This document shows positions 1 to 9,019 of a stretch of DNA of 64,000 nucleotides, piece after piece. A program made the position numbers and the translations under genes. Position 1 is the first letter of the stretch, and every line of letters starts with the position of its first letter. The notes under the pieces were generated by a model. It was not told where the DNA came from and did no database searches. It saw nothing but the letters and a program-made list of their open reading frames with translations. Origin of the DNA: Lepidodermella squamata (Eukaryota; Animalia; Gastrotricha); contig JBLDXI010000024.1 in assembly GCA_047495785.1 (NCBI GenBank), positions 5,146,001-5,210,000 of the forward strand. The letters are read 5' to 3'.

Positions 1-48
1 AGGACCAGATCTTGAGTCTGGCGCCTTAGACCGCTCGGCCATCCTGAC
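1..48 (-). tRNA. tRNA-Leu-CAA: tRNA-Leu(CAA), partial at window edge
   Basis: Identical to the 5' part of the complete copy at 3318-3401. Confidence 0.93.
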
Positions 49-148
49 CAGATGTAGCTACTCTGGGAAATTGTTGTAATCCATCCGAAAATATGAGAAA
101 TTTGGCCGTTTAAAGGGCGAGCGCATTGCATTGCCGCATCTATCGATA

Positions 149-221
149 GGCGCTGTGGCGAAATGGCTATCGCGTCGGACTTCGGATCCGAAGATTGTGG
201 GTTCGAGTCCCATCAGCGTCG
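149..221 (+). tRNA. tRNA-Arg-TCG: tRNA-Arg(TCG)
   Basis: Cloverleaf; TCGGA-CT-TCG-GA-TCCGA arm; GTTCGA T-loop; downstream T-run. Confidence 0.95.
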
Positions 222-311
222 GCTCTATTTTTGCTGGCCTTTTCTTTCGGCTGAGCTGTTATCATAGCAACAGAATTATCACTTGTCAAGCTGTCAAGAA
301 TAATCACAAGG

Positions 312-384
312 GCCTTCCTAGCTCAGTCGGTAGAGCATGTGACTTTTAATCACAGGGTCGGGGGTTCGAGTCCCCCGGAGGGCG
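312..384 (+). tRNA. tRNA-Lys-TTT: tRNA-Lys(TTT)
   Basis: TGTGA-CT-TTT-AA-TCACA arm; A/B boxes. Confidence 0.95.
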
Positions 385-451
385 CAATATTTTTACCCAG
401 GGTAACATGTTTATGGCATCGACCGGCTGCTAAGAAGACGAAGATCTCGAA

Positions 452-524
452 GGGGGATTAGCTCAAATGGTAGAGCGCTCGCTTAGCATGCGAGAGGTAA
501 CGGGATCGACGCCCGTATCCTCCA
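452..524 (+). tRNA. tRNA-Ala-AGC: tRNA-Ala(AGC)
   Basis: GGGGGATTAGCTCAAATGG...CTCGC-TT-AGC-AT-GCGAG; G3:U70. Confidence 0.95.
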
Positions 525-597
525 TATACTTTTTTCGGCAAGATAAAAAAGGCTGAAATGAGGAGACTGCGCTTGCGAAAATAAAGCAGTCAACCGC

Positions 598-669
598 GGC
601 TCAGTAGCTTAGTGGTAGAGCGTCTGCCTAGTAAGCAGAAGATCGAGGGTTCGATCCCCCCCTGAGCCT
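598..669 (+). tRNA. tRNA-Thr-AGT: tRNA-Thr(AGT)
   Basis: TCTGC-CT-AGT-AA-GCAGA arm; GGCTCAG/CTGAGCC acceptor. Confidence 0.93.
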
Positions 670-759
670 GGTCTTGACACTTTTTGCAGCATTCGGAGGT
701 CTTCCGTCCCTTTTATATAGCCATTTCATTCAGGATCAAAATTGGAAAGGCTAAAAGTG

Positions 760-831
760 TTCCCTGACCGGGAATCGAACCCGGGCCGCCGCGGTGAAAG
801 CGCGGAATCCTAACCACTAGACCATCAGGGA
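760..831 (-). tRNA. tRNA-Glu-TTC: tRNA-Glu(TTC)
   Basis: Reverse complement TCCCTGATGGTCTAGTGGTTAGGATTCCGCGCT-TTC-ACCGCGG... Confidence 0.95.
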
Positions 832-922
832 GGTGCAAAATCCCTGTTGTATGCGTAAACTGTGAAGAACTCAAATTATCAACGTCATCGCACCTTCAGC
901 AACTCTGTGCAAAAAATAGAAT

Positions 923-994
923 GGGCCCGTTCGGGAATTGAACCCGAGACCTCTCGCACCCGAAGCGAGAATCATACCCCTAGACCAACGGGCC
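923..994 (-). tRNA. tRNA-Pro-CGG: tRNA-Pro(CGG)
   Basis: Reverse complement GGCCCGTTGGTCTAGGGGTATGATTCTCGCTT-CGG-GTGCGAG... Confidence 0.95.
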
Positions 995-1074
995 AACCTG
1001 ACTTTACCCAATTGGCAACTGGCAACCAAAGACTTTATTAGAACGTCTCCAGCGTTTATGCAAAACATGCGATA

Positions 1075-1147
1075 CGCCGAGACCCGGGATCGAACCAGGG
1101 ACCTTTAGATCTTCAGTCTAACGCTCTCCCAACTGAGCTATCTCGGC
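1075..1147 (-). tRNA. tRNA-Phe-GAA: tRNA-Phe(GAA)
   Basis: Reverse complement GCCGAGATAGCTCAGTTGGGAGAGCGTTAGACT-GAA-GATCTAA... Confidence 0.95.
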
Positions 1148-1244
1148 TGTTATTTACAGCAGTGCTAAAGTCGAAGCTTAACTTGTAGCTTAGCTAGGGA
1201 GCTCAATGCAGGCTGCTATGACTTTGGCAGCAAATAAAAAACTG

Positions 1245-1261
1245 CGCTCCTGGGTGGGCTC

Positions 1262-1301
<40 letters not shown>

Positions 1302-1318
1302 AATTGCGCCACAGAAGC
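1245..1318 (-). tRNA. tRNA-Asn-GTT: tRNA-Asn(GTT)
   Basis: Reverse complement GCTTCTGTGGCGCAATTGGTTAGCGCGTTCGGCT-GTT-AACCGAA... Confidence 0.95.
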
Positions 1319-1501
1319 TGGCTAATCGCAGACTCGGCATCACCACTCAGCAATATGTAGCTTTTAACGCGAGCGTTGCCATGATCACGTTGTTGCCGTT
1401 ACAGTTTGGCTGTAGCCGAGGTTAGATCGGCCTTCGCATAGAATATAAACAGAGCTGAACTGTCCTTCATCAATGATCCTCAGCCGCTTTAGCTCTGCCA
1501 A

Positions 1502-1587
1502 CCCGCGATAGCTCAGCTGGTAGAGCGGAGGACTGTAGATGCAACGCAGCTATCCTTAGGTCGGTGGTTCAAGTCCGCCTCGCGGGA
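1502..1587 (+). tRNA. tRNA-Tyr-GTA: tRNA-Tyr(GTA) with 13-nt intron (1539-1551)
   Basis: GAGGA-CT-GTA-G[ATGCAACGCAGCT]A-TCCTT; canonical 37/38 intron position. Confidence 0.95.
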
Positions 1588-1664
1588 TTGCATGGTTTTT
1601 CACTTTCGTTGGGTAGCAGCTTTTCATTCGTTCGTCAGTAAAAATGCGCTGATAGATGTGCAAA

Positions 1665-1736
1665 GGCCCGTTGGTCTAGGGGTATGATTCTCGCTTTGGG
1701 TGCGAGAGGTCTCGGGTTCAAATCCCGGACGGGCCC
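1665..1736 (+). tRNA. tRNA-Pro-TGG: tRNA-Pro(TGG)
   Basis: CTCGC-TT-TGG-GT-GCGAG arm. Confidence 0.95.
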
Positions 1737-1820
1737 AAGCTTTTTGAGCTAATAGCTGAAGCGGCAGCATTACAAAAGGTGTTTGCCATAACCTTGAGCG
1801 CATGTAATGTTATCACAGCG

Positions 1821-1891
1821 GCATCGGTGGTTCAGTGGTAGAATTCTCGCCTGCCACGCGGGAGGCCCGGGTTCGATTCCCGGCCGATGCA
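1821..1891 (+). tRNA. tRNA-Gly-GCC: tRNA-Gly(GCC)
   Basis: GCATCGGTGGTTCAGTGGTAGAATTCTCGCCT-GCC-ACGCGGG... Confidence 0.95.
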
Positions 1892-1987
1892 AGCGACCCT
1901 GTTTTTTCATATCAGCTTCGATGTGCATCAGGCAAATTATGAGCGCAGCAAAATCAAAAGCACTGACAATTCAAGACGCTTCAGTCA

Positions 1988-2059
1988 TCCTTGGTAGTAT
2001 AGTGGTTAGTATCCCCGCCTGTCACGCGGGAGACCAGGGTTCGATTCCCTGCCAAGGAG
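1988..2059 (+). tRNA. tRNA-Asp-GTC: tRNA-Asp(GTC)
   Basis: TCCTTGGTAGTATAGTGGTTAGTATCCCCGCCT-GTC-ACGCGGG... Confidence 0.95.
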
Positions 2060-2129
2060 TCAGCTTTTTTAGTTGCGGCGCATAGGTTTCGAGCCAATTT
2101 TTTGAGAAAATTGCTAAAAAGTTGATTGC

Positions 2130-2202
2130 CGCCCGATGTGGGGCTCGAACCCACGACCCTGGGATTAAGAGTCCCATGCTCTACCGACTGAGCTAACCGG
2201 GC
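2130..2202 (-). tRNA. tRNA-Lys-CTT: tRNA-Lys(CTT)
   Basis: Reverse complement GCCCGGTTAGCTCAGTCGGTAGAGCATGGGACT-CTT-AATCCCA... Confidence 0.95.
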
Positions 2203-2281
2203 TGAGGCGCTATCAATTGCCTAAGCCGACAATTATGAAGCAGTTGACTGCTGGCGAATGTTGACTGCCATCAAAAATACT

Positions 2282-2354
2282 CGAGGCTGCCAGGAGTCGA
2301 ACCTGGAATCTTCTGATCCGTAGTCAGACGCGTTGTCCATTGCGCCACAACCCC
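2282..2354 (-). tRNA. tRNA-Arg-ACG: tRNA-Arg(ACG)
   Basis: Reverse complement ...TCTGACT-ACG-GATCAGA... Confidence 0.95.
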
Positions 2355-2421
2355 ATTCGGTCGAAAGAAGGCTTGCAAGCGCTAATTAGCAGGCAGGAAT
2401 GGGACTGAAGTGAAAAATGCA

Positions 2422-2505
2422 TGTCAGAAGTGGGATTCGAACCCACGCCAGTAGAAACTGACTGCGACCTGAACGCAGCGCCTTGGACCGCTCGGCCATC
2501 CTGAC
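2422..2505 (-). tRNA. tRNA-Leu-CAG: tRNA-Leu(CAG)
   Basis: Reverse complement GTCAGGATGGCCGAGCGG...CTGCGTT-CAG-GTCGCAG; long variable arm. Confidence 0.95.
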
Positions 2506-2674
2506 GAGATGGTGGAATAGATTGCTGATATCCTGCAGACGGCATTTTGCAAAGCTAAGATATCGCAGAGCAAGTACAGCAAACAGCAAAGTCGTATAAC
2601 TGTTGCCAATATAAAACTAGCCAGCTACGCCGATCGGGGTGTATCGTTTCTTAAACTGCTGAAGAAGCACTCAA

Positions 2675-2756
2675 GTCGCTATGCCCGAGTGGTTAAGGGG
2701 TCTGACTAGAAATCAGATGCGGTCTCCGCGCGTAGGTTCAAATCCTACTGGCGACG
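2675..2756 (+). tRNA. tRNA-Ser-AGA: tRNA-Ser(AGA)
   Basis: TCTGA-CT-AGA-AA-TCAGA arm; long variable arm. Confidence 0.95.
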
Positions 2757-2831
2757 ACAGTTATTTTTGCATTATAACGACTGAAACTCAGTTCTGCAGT
2801 TAGCCTCCAGAACAGTCCTCGCTTTCATCAG

Positions 2832-2903
2832 GCGTCAGTGGTGTAACGGTCAGCATGGTTGCCTTCCAAGCAGCCGATCCGGGTTCGACTCCCGGCTGAC
2901 GCA
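2832..2903 (+). tRNA. tRNA-Gly-TCC: tRNA-Gly(TCC)
   Basis: GTTGC-CT-TCC-AA-GCAGC arm. Confidence 0.95.
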
Positions 2904-2982
2904 CACGTTTTTAGCTCACACGTTTGAAAGCAATTGCTAGTGACGAGATTAAAGCTGTCCTTCCCAAAACCAGCGTTCGAGA

Positions 2983-3054
2983 GGTCCCATGGTGTAGCGG
3001 TTAGCACTCTGGACTCTGAATCCAGCGACTCGAGTTCGATTCTCGATGGGACCT
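2983..3054 (+). tRNA. tRNA-Gln-CTG: tRNA-Gln(CTG)
   Basis: CTGGA-CT-CTG-AA-TCCAG arm. Confidence 0.95.
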
Positions 3055-3158
3055 TGATACGTTTTTTCAAACAAACTTTCAGCTCACTCACTCTCAGCTG
3101 ATGGAAACTTGCGATCGCAATATTTGTTACCATTCAAACCTTTTCTTTCACTAGCCTA

Positions 3159-3230
3159 GGGGGCATAGCTCAGTGGTAGAGCGTCTCATTCGCATTGTGA
3201 AGGTCTCGGGTTCAATCCCCGATGCCTCCA
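3159..3230 (+). tRNA. tRNA-Ala-CGC: tRNA-Ala(CGC)
   Basis: G3:U70 and A73; TCTCA-TT-CGC-AT-TGTGA arm with one U:U mismatch. Confidence 0.88.
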
Positions 3231-3317
3231 GTTGGCAATTTTTTCGCGTAACCTCTCGAAGATTAGTTGCTATATCGGTGAAAGTGACCAGAAATTACGC
3301 TAAAAATGTGAAAATAG

Positions 3318-3401
3318 TGTCAGAAGTGGGGTTCGAACCCACGCCCTCTTTCGAGGACCAGATCTTGAGTCTGGCGCCTTAGACCGCTCGGCCATCCTGA
3401 C
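3318..3401 (-). tRNA. tRNA-Leu-CAA: tRNA-Leu(CAA), intronless
   Basis: Reverse complement ...CCAGACT-CAA-GATCTGG; long variable arm. Confidence 0.95.
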
Positions 3402-3493
3402 CAGATGTAGCTACTCTGGGAAATTGTTGTAATCCATCCGAAAATATGAGAAATTTGGCCGTTTAAAGGGCGAGCGCATTGCATTGCCGCATA

Positions 3494-3566
3494 GGCGCTG
3501 TGGCGAAATGGCTATCGCGTCGGACTTCGGATCCGAAGATTGTGGGTTCGAGTCCCATCAGCGTCG
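3494..3566 (+). tRNA. tRNA-Arg-TCG: tRNA-Arg(TCG), copy 2
   Basis: Copy of 149-221. Confidence 0.95.
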
Positions 3567-3656
3567 GCTCTATTTTTGCTGGCCTTTTCTTTCGGCTGAG
3601 CTGTTATCATAGCAACAGAATTATCACTTGTCAAGCTGTCAAGAATAATCACAAGG

Positions 3657-3729
3657 GCCTTCCTAGCTCAGTCGGTAGAGCATGTGACTTTTAATCACAG
3701 GGTCGGGGGTTCGAGTCCCCCGGAGGGCG
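3657..3729 (+). tRNA. tRNA-Lys-TTT: tRNA-Lys(TTT), copy 2
   Basis: Copy of 312-384. Confidence 0.95.
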
Positions 3730-3796
3730 CAATATTTTTACCCAGGGTAACATGTTTATGGCATCGACCGGCTGCTAAGAAGACGAAGATCTCGAA

Positions 3797-3869
3797 GGGG
3801 GATTAGCTCAAATGGTAGAGCGCTCGCTTAGCATGCGAGAGGTAACGGGATCGACGCCCGTATCCTCCA
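3797..3869 (+). tRNA. tRNA-Ala-AGC: tRNA-Ala(AGC), copy 2
   Basis: Copy of 452-524. Confidence 0.95.
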
Positions 3870-3942
3870 TATACTTTTTTCGGCAAGATAAAAAAGGCTG
3901 AAATGAGGAGACTGCGCTTGCGAAAATAAAGCAGTCAACCGC

Positions 3943-4014
3943 GGCTCAGTAGCTTAGTGGTAGAGCGTCTGCCTAGTAAGCAGAAGATCGAGGGTTCGAT
4001 CCCCCCCTGAGCCT
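3943..4014 (+). tRNA. tRNA-Thr-AGT: tRNA-Thr(AGT), copy 2
   Basis: Copy of 598-669. Confidence 0.93.
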
Positions 4015-4104
4015 GGTCTTGACACTTTTTGCAGCATTCGGAGGTCTTCCGTCCCTTTTATATAGCCATTTCATTCAGGATCAAAATTGGAAAGGCTAAA
4101 AGTG

Positions 4105-4176
4105 TTCCCTGACCGGGAATCGAACCCGGGCCGCCGCGGTGAAAGCGCGGAATCCTAACCACTAGACCATCAGGGA
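4105..4176 (-). tRNA. tRNA-Glu-TTC: tRNA-Glu(TTC), copy 2
   Basis: Copy of 760-831. Confidence 0.95.
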
Positions 4177-4267
4177 GGTGCAAAATCCCTGTTGTATGCG
4201 TAAACTGTGAAGAACTCAAATTATCAACGTCATCGCACCTTCAGCAACTCTGTGCAAAAAATAGAAT

Positions 4268-4339
4268 GGGCCCGTTCGGGAATTGAACCCGAGACCTCTC
4301 GCACCCGAAGCGAGAATCATACCCCTAGACCAACGGGCC
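4268..4339 (-). tRNA. tRNA-Pro-CGG: tRNA-Pro(CGG), copy 2
   Basis: Copy of 923-994. Confidence 0.95.
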
Positions 4340-4419
4340 AACCTGACTTTACCCAATTGGCAACTGGCAACCAAAGACTTTATTAGAACGTCTCCAGCGT
4401 TTATGCAAAACATGCGATA

Positions 4420-4492
4420 CGCCGAGACCCGGGATCGAACCAGGGACCTTTAGATCTTCAGTCTAACGCTCTCCCAACTGAGCTATCTCGGC
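4420..4492 (-). tRNA. tRNA-Phe-GAA: tRNA-Phe(GAA), copy 2
   Basis: Copy of 1075-1147. Confidence 0.95.
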
Positions 4493-4589
4493 TGTTATTT
4501 ACAGCAGTGCTAAAGTCGAAGCTTAACTTGTAGCTTAGCTAGGGAGCTCAATGCAGGCTGCTATGACTTTGGCAGCAAATAAAAAACTG

Positions 4590-4606
4590 CGCTCCTGGGT
4601 GGGCTC

Positions 4607-4646
<40 letters not shown>

Positions 4647-4663
4647 AATTGCGCCACAGAAGC
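4590..4663 (-). tRNA. tRNA-Asn-GTT: tRNA-Asn(GTT), copy 2
   Basis: Copy of 1245-1318. Confidence 0.95.
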
Positions 4664-4846
4664 TGGCTAATCGCAGACTCGGCATCACCACTCAGCAATA
4701 TGTAGCTTTTAACGCGAGCGTTGCCATGATCACGTTGTTGCCGTTACAGTTTGGCTGTAGCCGAGGTTAGATCGGCCTTCGCATAGAATATAAACAGAGC
4801 TGAACTGTCCTTCATCAATGATCCTCAGCCGCTTTAGCTCTGCCAA

Positions 4847-4932
4847 CCCGCGATAGCTCAGCTGGTAGAGCGGAGGACTGTAGATGCAACGCAGCTATCC
4901 TTAGGTCGGTGGTTCAAGTCCGCCTCGCGGGA
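4847..4932 (+). tRNA. tRNA-Tyr-GTA: tRNA-Tyr(GTA) with intron, copy 2
   Basis: Copy of 1502-1587. Confidence 0.95.
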
Positions 4933-5009
4933 TTGCATGGTTTTTCACTTTCGTTGGGTAGCAGCTTTTCATTCGTTCGTCAGTAAAAATGCGCTGATAG
5001 ATGTGCAAA

Positions 5010-5081
5010 GGCCCGTTGGTCTAGGGGTATGATTCTCGCTTTGGGTGCGAGAGGTCTCGGGTTCAAATCCCGGACGGGCCC
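5010..5081 (+). tRNA. tRNA-Pro-TGG: tRNA-Pro(TGG), copy 2
   Basis: Copy of 1665-1736. Confidence 0.95.
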
Positions 5082-5165
5082 AAGCTTTTTGAGCTAATAG
5101 CTGAAGCGGCAGCATTACAAAAGGTGTTTGCCATAACCTTGAGCGCATGTAATGTTATCACAGCG

Positions 5166-5236
5166 GCATCGGTGGTTCAGTGGTAGAATTCTCGCCTGCC
5201 ACGCGGGAGGCCCGGGTTCGATTCCCGGCCGATGCA
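5166..5236 (+). tRNA. tRNA-Gly-GCC: tRNA-Gly(GCC), copy 2
   Basis: Copy of 1821-1891. Confidence 0.95.
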
Positions 5237-5332
5237 AGCGACCCTGTTTTTTCATATCAGCTTCGATGTGCATCAGGCAAATTATGAGCGCAGCAAAATC
5301 AAAAGCACTGACAATTCAAGACGCTTCAGTCA

Positions 5333-5404
5333 TCCTTGGTAGTATAGTGGTTAGTATCCCCGCCTGTCACGCGGGAGACCAGGGTTCGATTCCCTGCCAA
5401 GGAG
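5333..5404 (+). tRNA. tRNA-Asp-GTC: tRNA-Asp(GTC), copy 2
   Basis: Copy of 1988-2059. Confidence 0.95.
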
Positions 5405-5474
5405 TCAGCTTTTTTAGTTGCGGCGCATAGGTTTCGAGCCAATTTTTTGAGAAAATTGCTAAAAAGTTGATTGC

Positions 5475-5547
5475 CGCCCGATGTGGGGCTCGAACCCACG
5501 ACCCTGGGATTAAGAGTCCCATGCTCTACCGACTGAGCTAACCGGGC
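5475..5547 (-). tRNA. tRNA-Lys-CTT: tRNA-Lys(CTT), copy 2
   Basis: Copy of 2130-2202. Confidence 0.95.
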
Positions 5548-5626
5548 TGAGGCGCTATCAATTGCCTAAGCCGACAATTATGAAGCAGTTGACTGCTGGC
5601 GAATGTTGACTGCCATCAAAAATACT

Positions 5627-5699
5627 CGAGGCTGCCAGGAGTCGAACCTGGAATCTTCTGATCCGTAGTCAGACGCGTTGTCCATTGCGCCACAACCCC
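5627..5699 (-). tRNA. tRNA-Arg-ACG: tRNA-Arg(ACG), copy 2
   Basis: Copy of 2282-2354. Confidence 0.95.
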
Positions 5700-5766
5700 A
5701 TTCGGTCGAAAGAAGGCTTGCAAGCGCTAATTAGCAGGCAGGAATGGGACTGAAGTGAAAAATGCA

Positions 5767-5850
5767 TGTCAGAAGTGGGATTCGAACCCACGCCAGTAGA
5801 AACTGACTGCGACCTGAACGCAGCGCCTTGGACCGCTCGGCCATCCTGAC
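5767..5850 (-). tRNA. tRNA-Leu-CAG: tRNA-Leu(CAG), copy 2 (last gene of the array)
   Basis: Copy of 2422-2505. Confidence 0.95.
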
Positions 5851-6410
5851 GAGATGGTGGAATAGATTGCTGATAGGGAGCCTTCTAAGACTTAGTAAGA
5901 AAATTCGGAAGCCGTAAACCAGCCAAATTCCGATACGTTTGACAGTCGCACTAACGCTCACAGTCAGGAAAATGAGGAAAACAACAAATTCGAATTTTTC
6001 CATTGATTTTTTTTTATTTTTCCCACGCCCACCCTGCTTTTCCCGGTCTACCAATGGCGTTTTTTGAGACCGATACCGGAACTGGAACGGACCAGGAACG
6101 GCGTCGGTCTACCGGAGCTGTTTCCAACGCTGCTTCCGTCCGTGACCATAAAAAGCACATGTTTTACTGAATTATTTTTTTTATTCTTTCTTGCTTTAAC
6201 GTGCACAACACTGATATGAATGGCCCGGCTGTTTTGAAGATCTCGCCGACGAATGCACCAAAATACGTCACCAGAGAGTGCGGAATAGTTGTTTTCAATT
6301 CATCCACATTAACAATTAAATATACCACAACTGCATTTTTCCATCCATCGATAATACAATAATAATTAGGATTACAAATCTGGTACGAGATGAAGGAAGA
6401 CGAAGCGAGT

Positions 6411-7201
6411 CTACGACGACGCGCCCTGCACGGGCTTGTCGTCCTTCGGCAGCACGAGGCCCTTCGAAATTAGATCAGGCACTTCGACGGCGAGCCACGG
6501 ACCGAGACCGAGCGCCAGCGCGTGACCGATTCCGAATTTTGGCACATTTCTGGCAATTAAAAAAACGAAAAATCATAGAACAAAATGCAAGACTCAAGCC
6601 GTTCTGTCGAATTTAAAAATTATTTAATTATGAAATAAAAAATTCTGGGGTTTTTAATTTAAATTAGCCCAATGTTCGCAATAATTCAACTTTTAATTTA
6701 GAAATTTATGAAATTCCTGAAAAATTGTGCTTGGCTTCTGAACAATTTTCATTTTCTATTTTTTAACAAATTTCTCAGACCAAATTTGAATCAAATATTG
6801 AAAAATGATATTTTGACAAACCTTGACCACAGTGGTTTGAAATGGTCTGTCAGGCAGATTTTGCCGCCGCGGTACATTTTCGCCGTTTTGCCATCCAGCT
6901 CGGGTATGGCGATTTCGGGCGCCGTCGTCGGGTACGCGACCGGGATTTCAAACTCGATCGCAAATTCGTACTTGATGAGTTCGTGCACGTGCCAGCACTT
7001 GCCGAACCACTTGAGGCCGTCCTTGGACGACTCGAGCCTGAACCAGTCGTTGTCCGCCTCCTTGTTGTTTTTCACGTACTCGATCAGCGACGTGTACTCC
7101 TCCTTCAGCCGCTGCACCCACAACTCGCCGTCCTTCGGCCCGGCGTTTGTCTTCAGCAGCGGAATCCGCGCCACCGTTTTCTTCGTCATGTCGTCCACCA
7201 T
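6411..7201 (-). CDS. UFC1: Ufm1-conjugating enzyme 1 (exons 7201-6822 and 6549-6411; 172 aa)
   Basis: [44 protein letters not shown] joined by a GT-AG intron to [26 protein letters not shown]. Confidence 0.96.
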
Positions 7202-9019
7202 TTTTTGTCAACAATTAATAAATACACTAAAATAATATAGAATAATTTAAGAAATTTGAAACAAATCAAATCAACGCAAAAGGAAATTAAAAAGGCAAAA
7301 ATGCGGCAGAAAACGACTACAGGCAAAACTGAATTTCAACAGCTAATCGCTCGGATTCATAATTAATTAGATGCGCTTAGCAATAATGACGACAACATAG
7401 TATATGAATGTTTTAGGATTCAGTAATTAAATTTTAAAATATCGAAAATGGGGATATAATTTGCATTTTTATTTTGATAATTTTGAGCAATTTCATTTCC
7501 GAAACTGTAACACGCAAGGAATCCCTTTATAGCTTGACTCCCATTGTCTCAAATTCCGCGTATATTCATAAAAATTTGATTCAATTTGAATATTAACCAG
7601 AAATTTGTCATAAATTGTAAAAAGTTCGGAATTTCTTTTTATAAAATCGAAAGATCTCAGAAGAAACGCGCCCGGAAGATGTAAATGATTAGAAATCGGG
7701 ATACAGGCGATTTCCCATCTTGGAAGGATTTTCAAGTCATGGAAATGCCAATAAACTGTGAAATTTGTCCAGCAGAATGAAAAAAATCGAATAATGACAG
7801 GTATAAAACCGAAAATCAACCATTGCCATCGGGCTTTCTTTGCTCTATTGAGAAGTGGAAGTGATAAAAAATGCTTTTAGTAGCTAAAATTTGGTAAAAA
7901 CACCAAAATTCTCTACATACAGTTGAAAACTGAAAACGCATTCAAGTGGCTTGTGAGACACCCTTTAATTAGACTTTTCAGTTAGACCGAATATTAAATT
8001 CGAGCCGATTTCACGCCATTTTTCGGGACATTCGATACAAAAATTGAAAACACCGGGCAGTGATTGTTTTGCAAATATTAAAAAGTTGCTTTATTCAGCA
8101 TCATTTAAAATCGAGCATCAAGTTCCCTCGCGGACACAACGCTGCGGTTTTTCGTTGCGAAATCAATCAATAATATCAAATAATATATCGTTGCATATCA
8201 TCAAGCTACAGGAAAGTAGTAGGCTACATTGCAGAGCGCATAGTAAAACGGCGGTAATAAGTAACACGGCTGTAACATTCAAATTATTCGAATGGAAGTA
8301 TTTTCGTCAGTCAGCCACACGTAAAAACACCACACGAAGATTCGTTGTTCACTTGTTTCAAGCTCGTTCGCTTAACATTTTCACAATCGCAACAATTTAT
8401 TTAGAAAATCATCGGATGAGGCTGAGAGAGTAAAATCGGAATATTATATAAATGAAATCAATTCTTTAAATAATAACAATAATGATGATGGTAATAAAAT
8501 TTACACCAGACAAAAGCGTGTGTGTACGATAGACTACAAATTCGGCATAAAATATACGCATAGTTATGTAACAAAGGCTGCAATCGTAGAAATACAAACA
8601 GATCTCAAAGCTATGAAGAAGAGCCCGGCCGGCTGCCAATCAATCGTGTCTATTGGCGCCGGTTTCCGGGCTCGCGAGTTTTGATACGCGGAAGCGCTGA
8701 GAGTTCAATGAAAGCGTCATGTTTACATCATCAGTAGCAAAAACATAACAAGTTTTACTTTGTTCGATACGATTCGCGCACTAATAAAAAAAGCCCCGTA
8801 GTTTCGATATAGGCTAATATCGTTCATCTTGAAGCAAACAAGCAGCAGAAGCAATTTTATTAATTCAGAGAAAATTCGAAACAAAATACGGAAAATCAAT
8901 AAATTCAAAGCAAAAATTCAAAATTTAATTTTGCTTTGAAAATTGAATTTAAGGCGATTTTGTGGCGAATTTTGCGGGTAATTATTGCATTCGAAAAAAG
9001 CAGAGGAGAAAAATTGCGA

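Larger units (their letters stand above)
1..5875. repeat. Tandem tRNA-gene array; unit 3353 bp (1-3353), second truncated copy 3354-5875
   Basis: Position 1 matches 3354. After an 8-bp deletion in copy 2 the offset is 3345 (identical ORFs at 871/4216 and 1807/5152). Identity stops after ...ATTGCTGATA at 5875 (=2530). Confidence 0.97.

Noticed and set aside
1319-1501. Possible snoRNA or other ncRNA in the long Asn-Tyr spacer (TGATGA/CTGA on the minus strand)
   Set aside because: No terminal stem or recognisable guide; the length fits two divergent upstream regions
131-6054. Short ORFs in the tRNA array
   Set aside because: They are translations through tRNA genes and recur only because the array repeats
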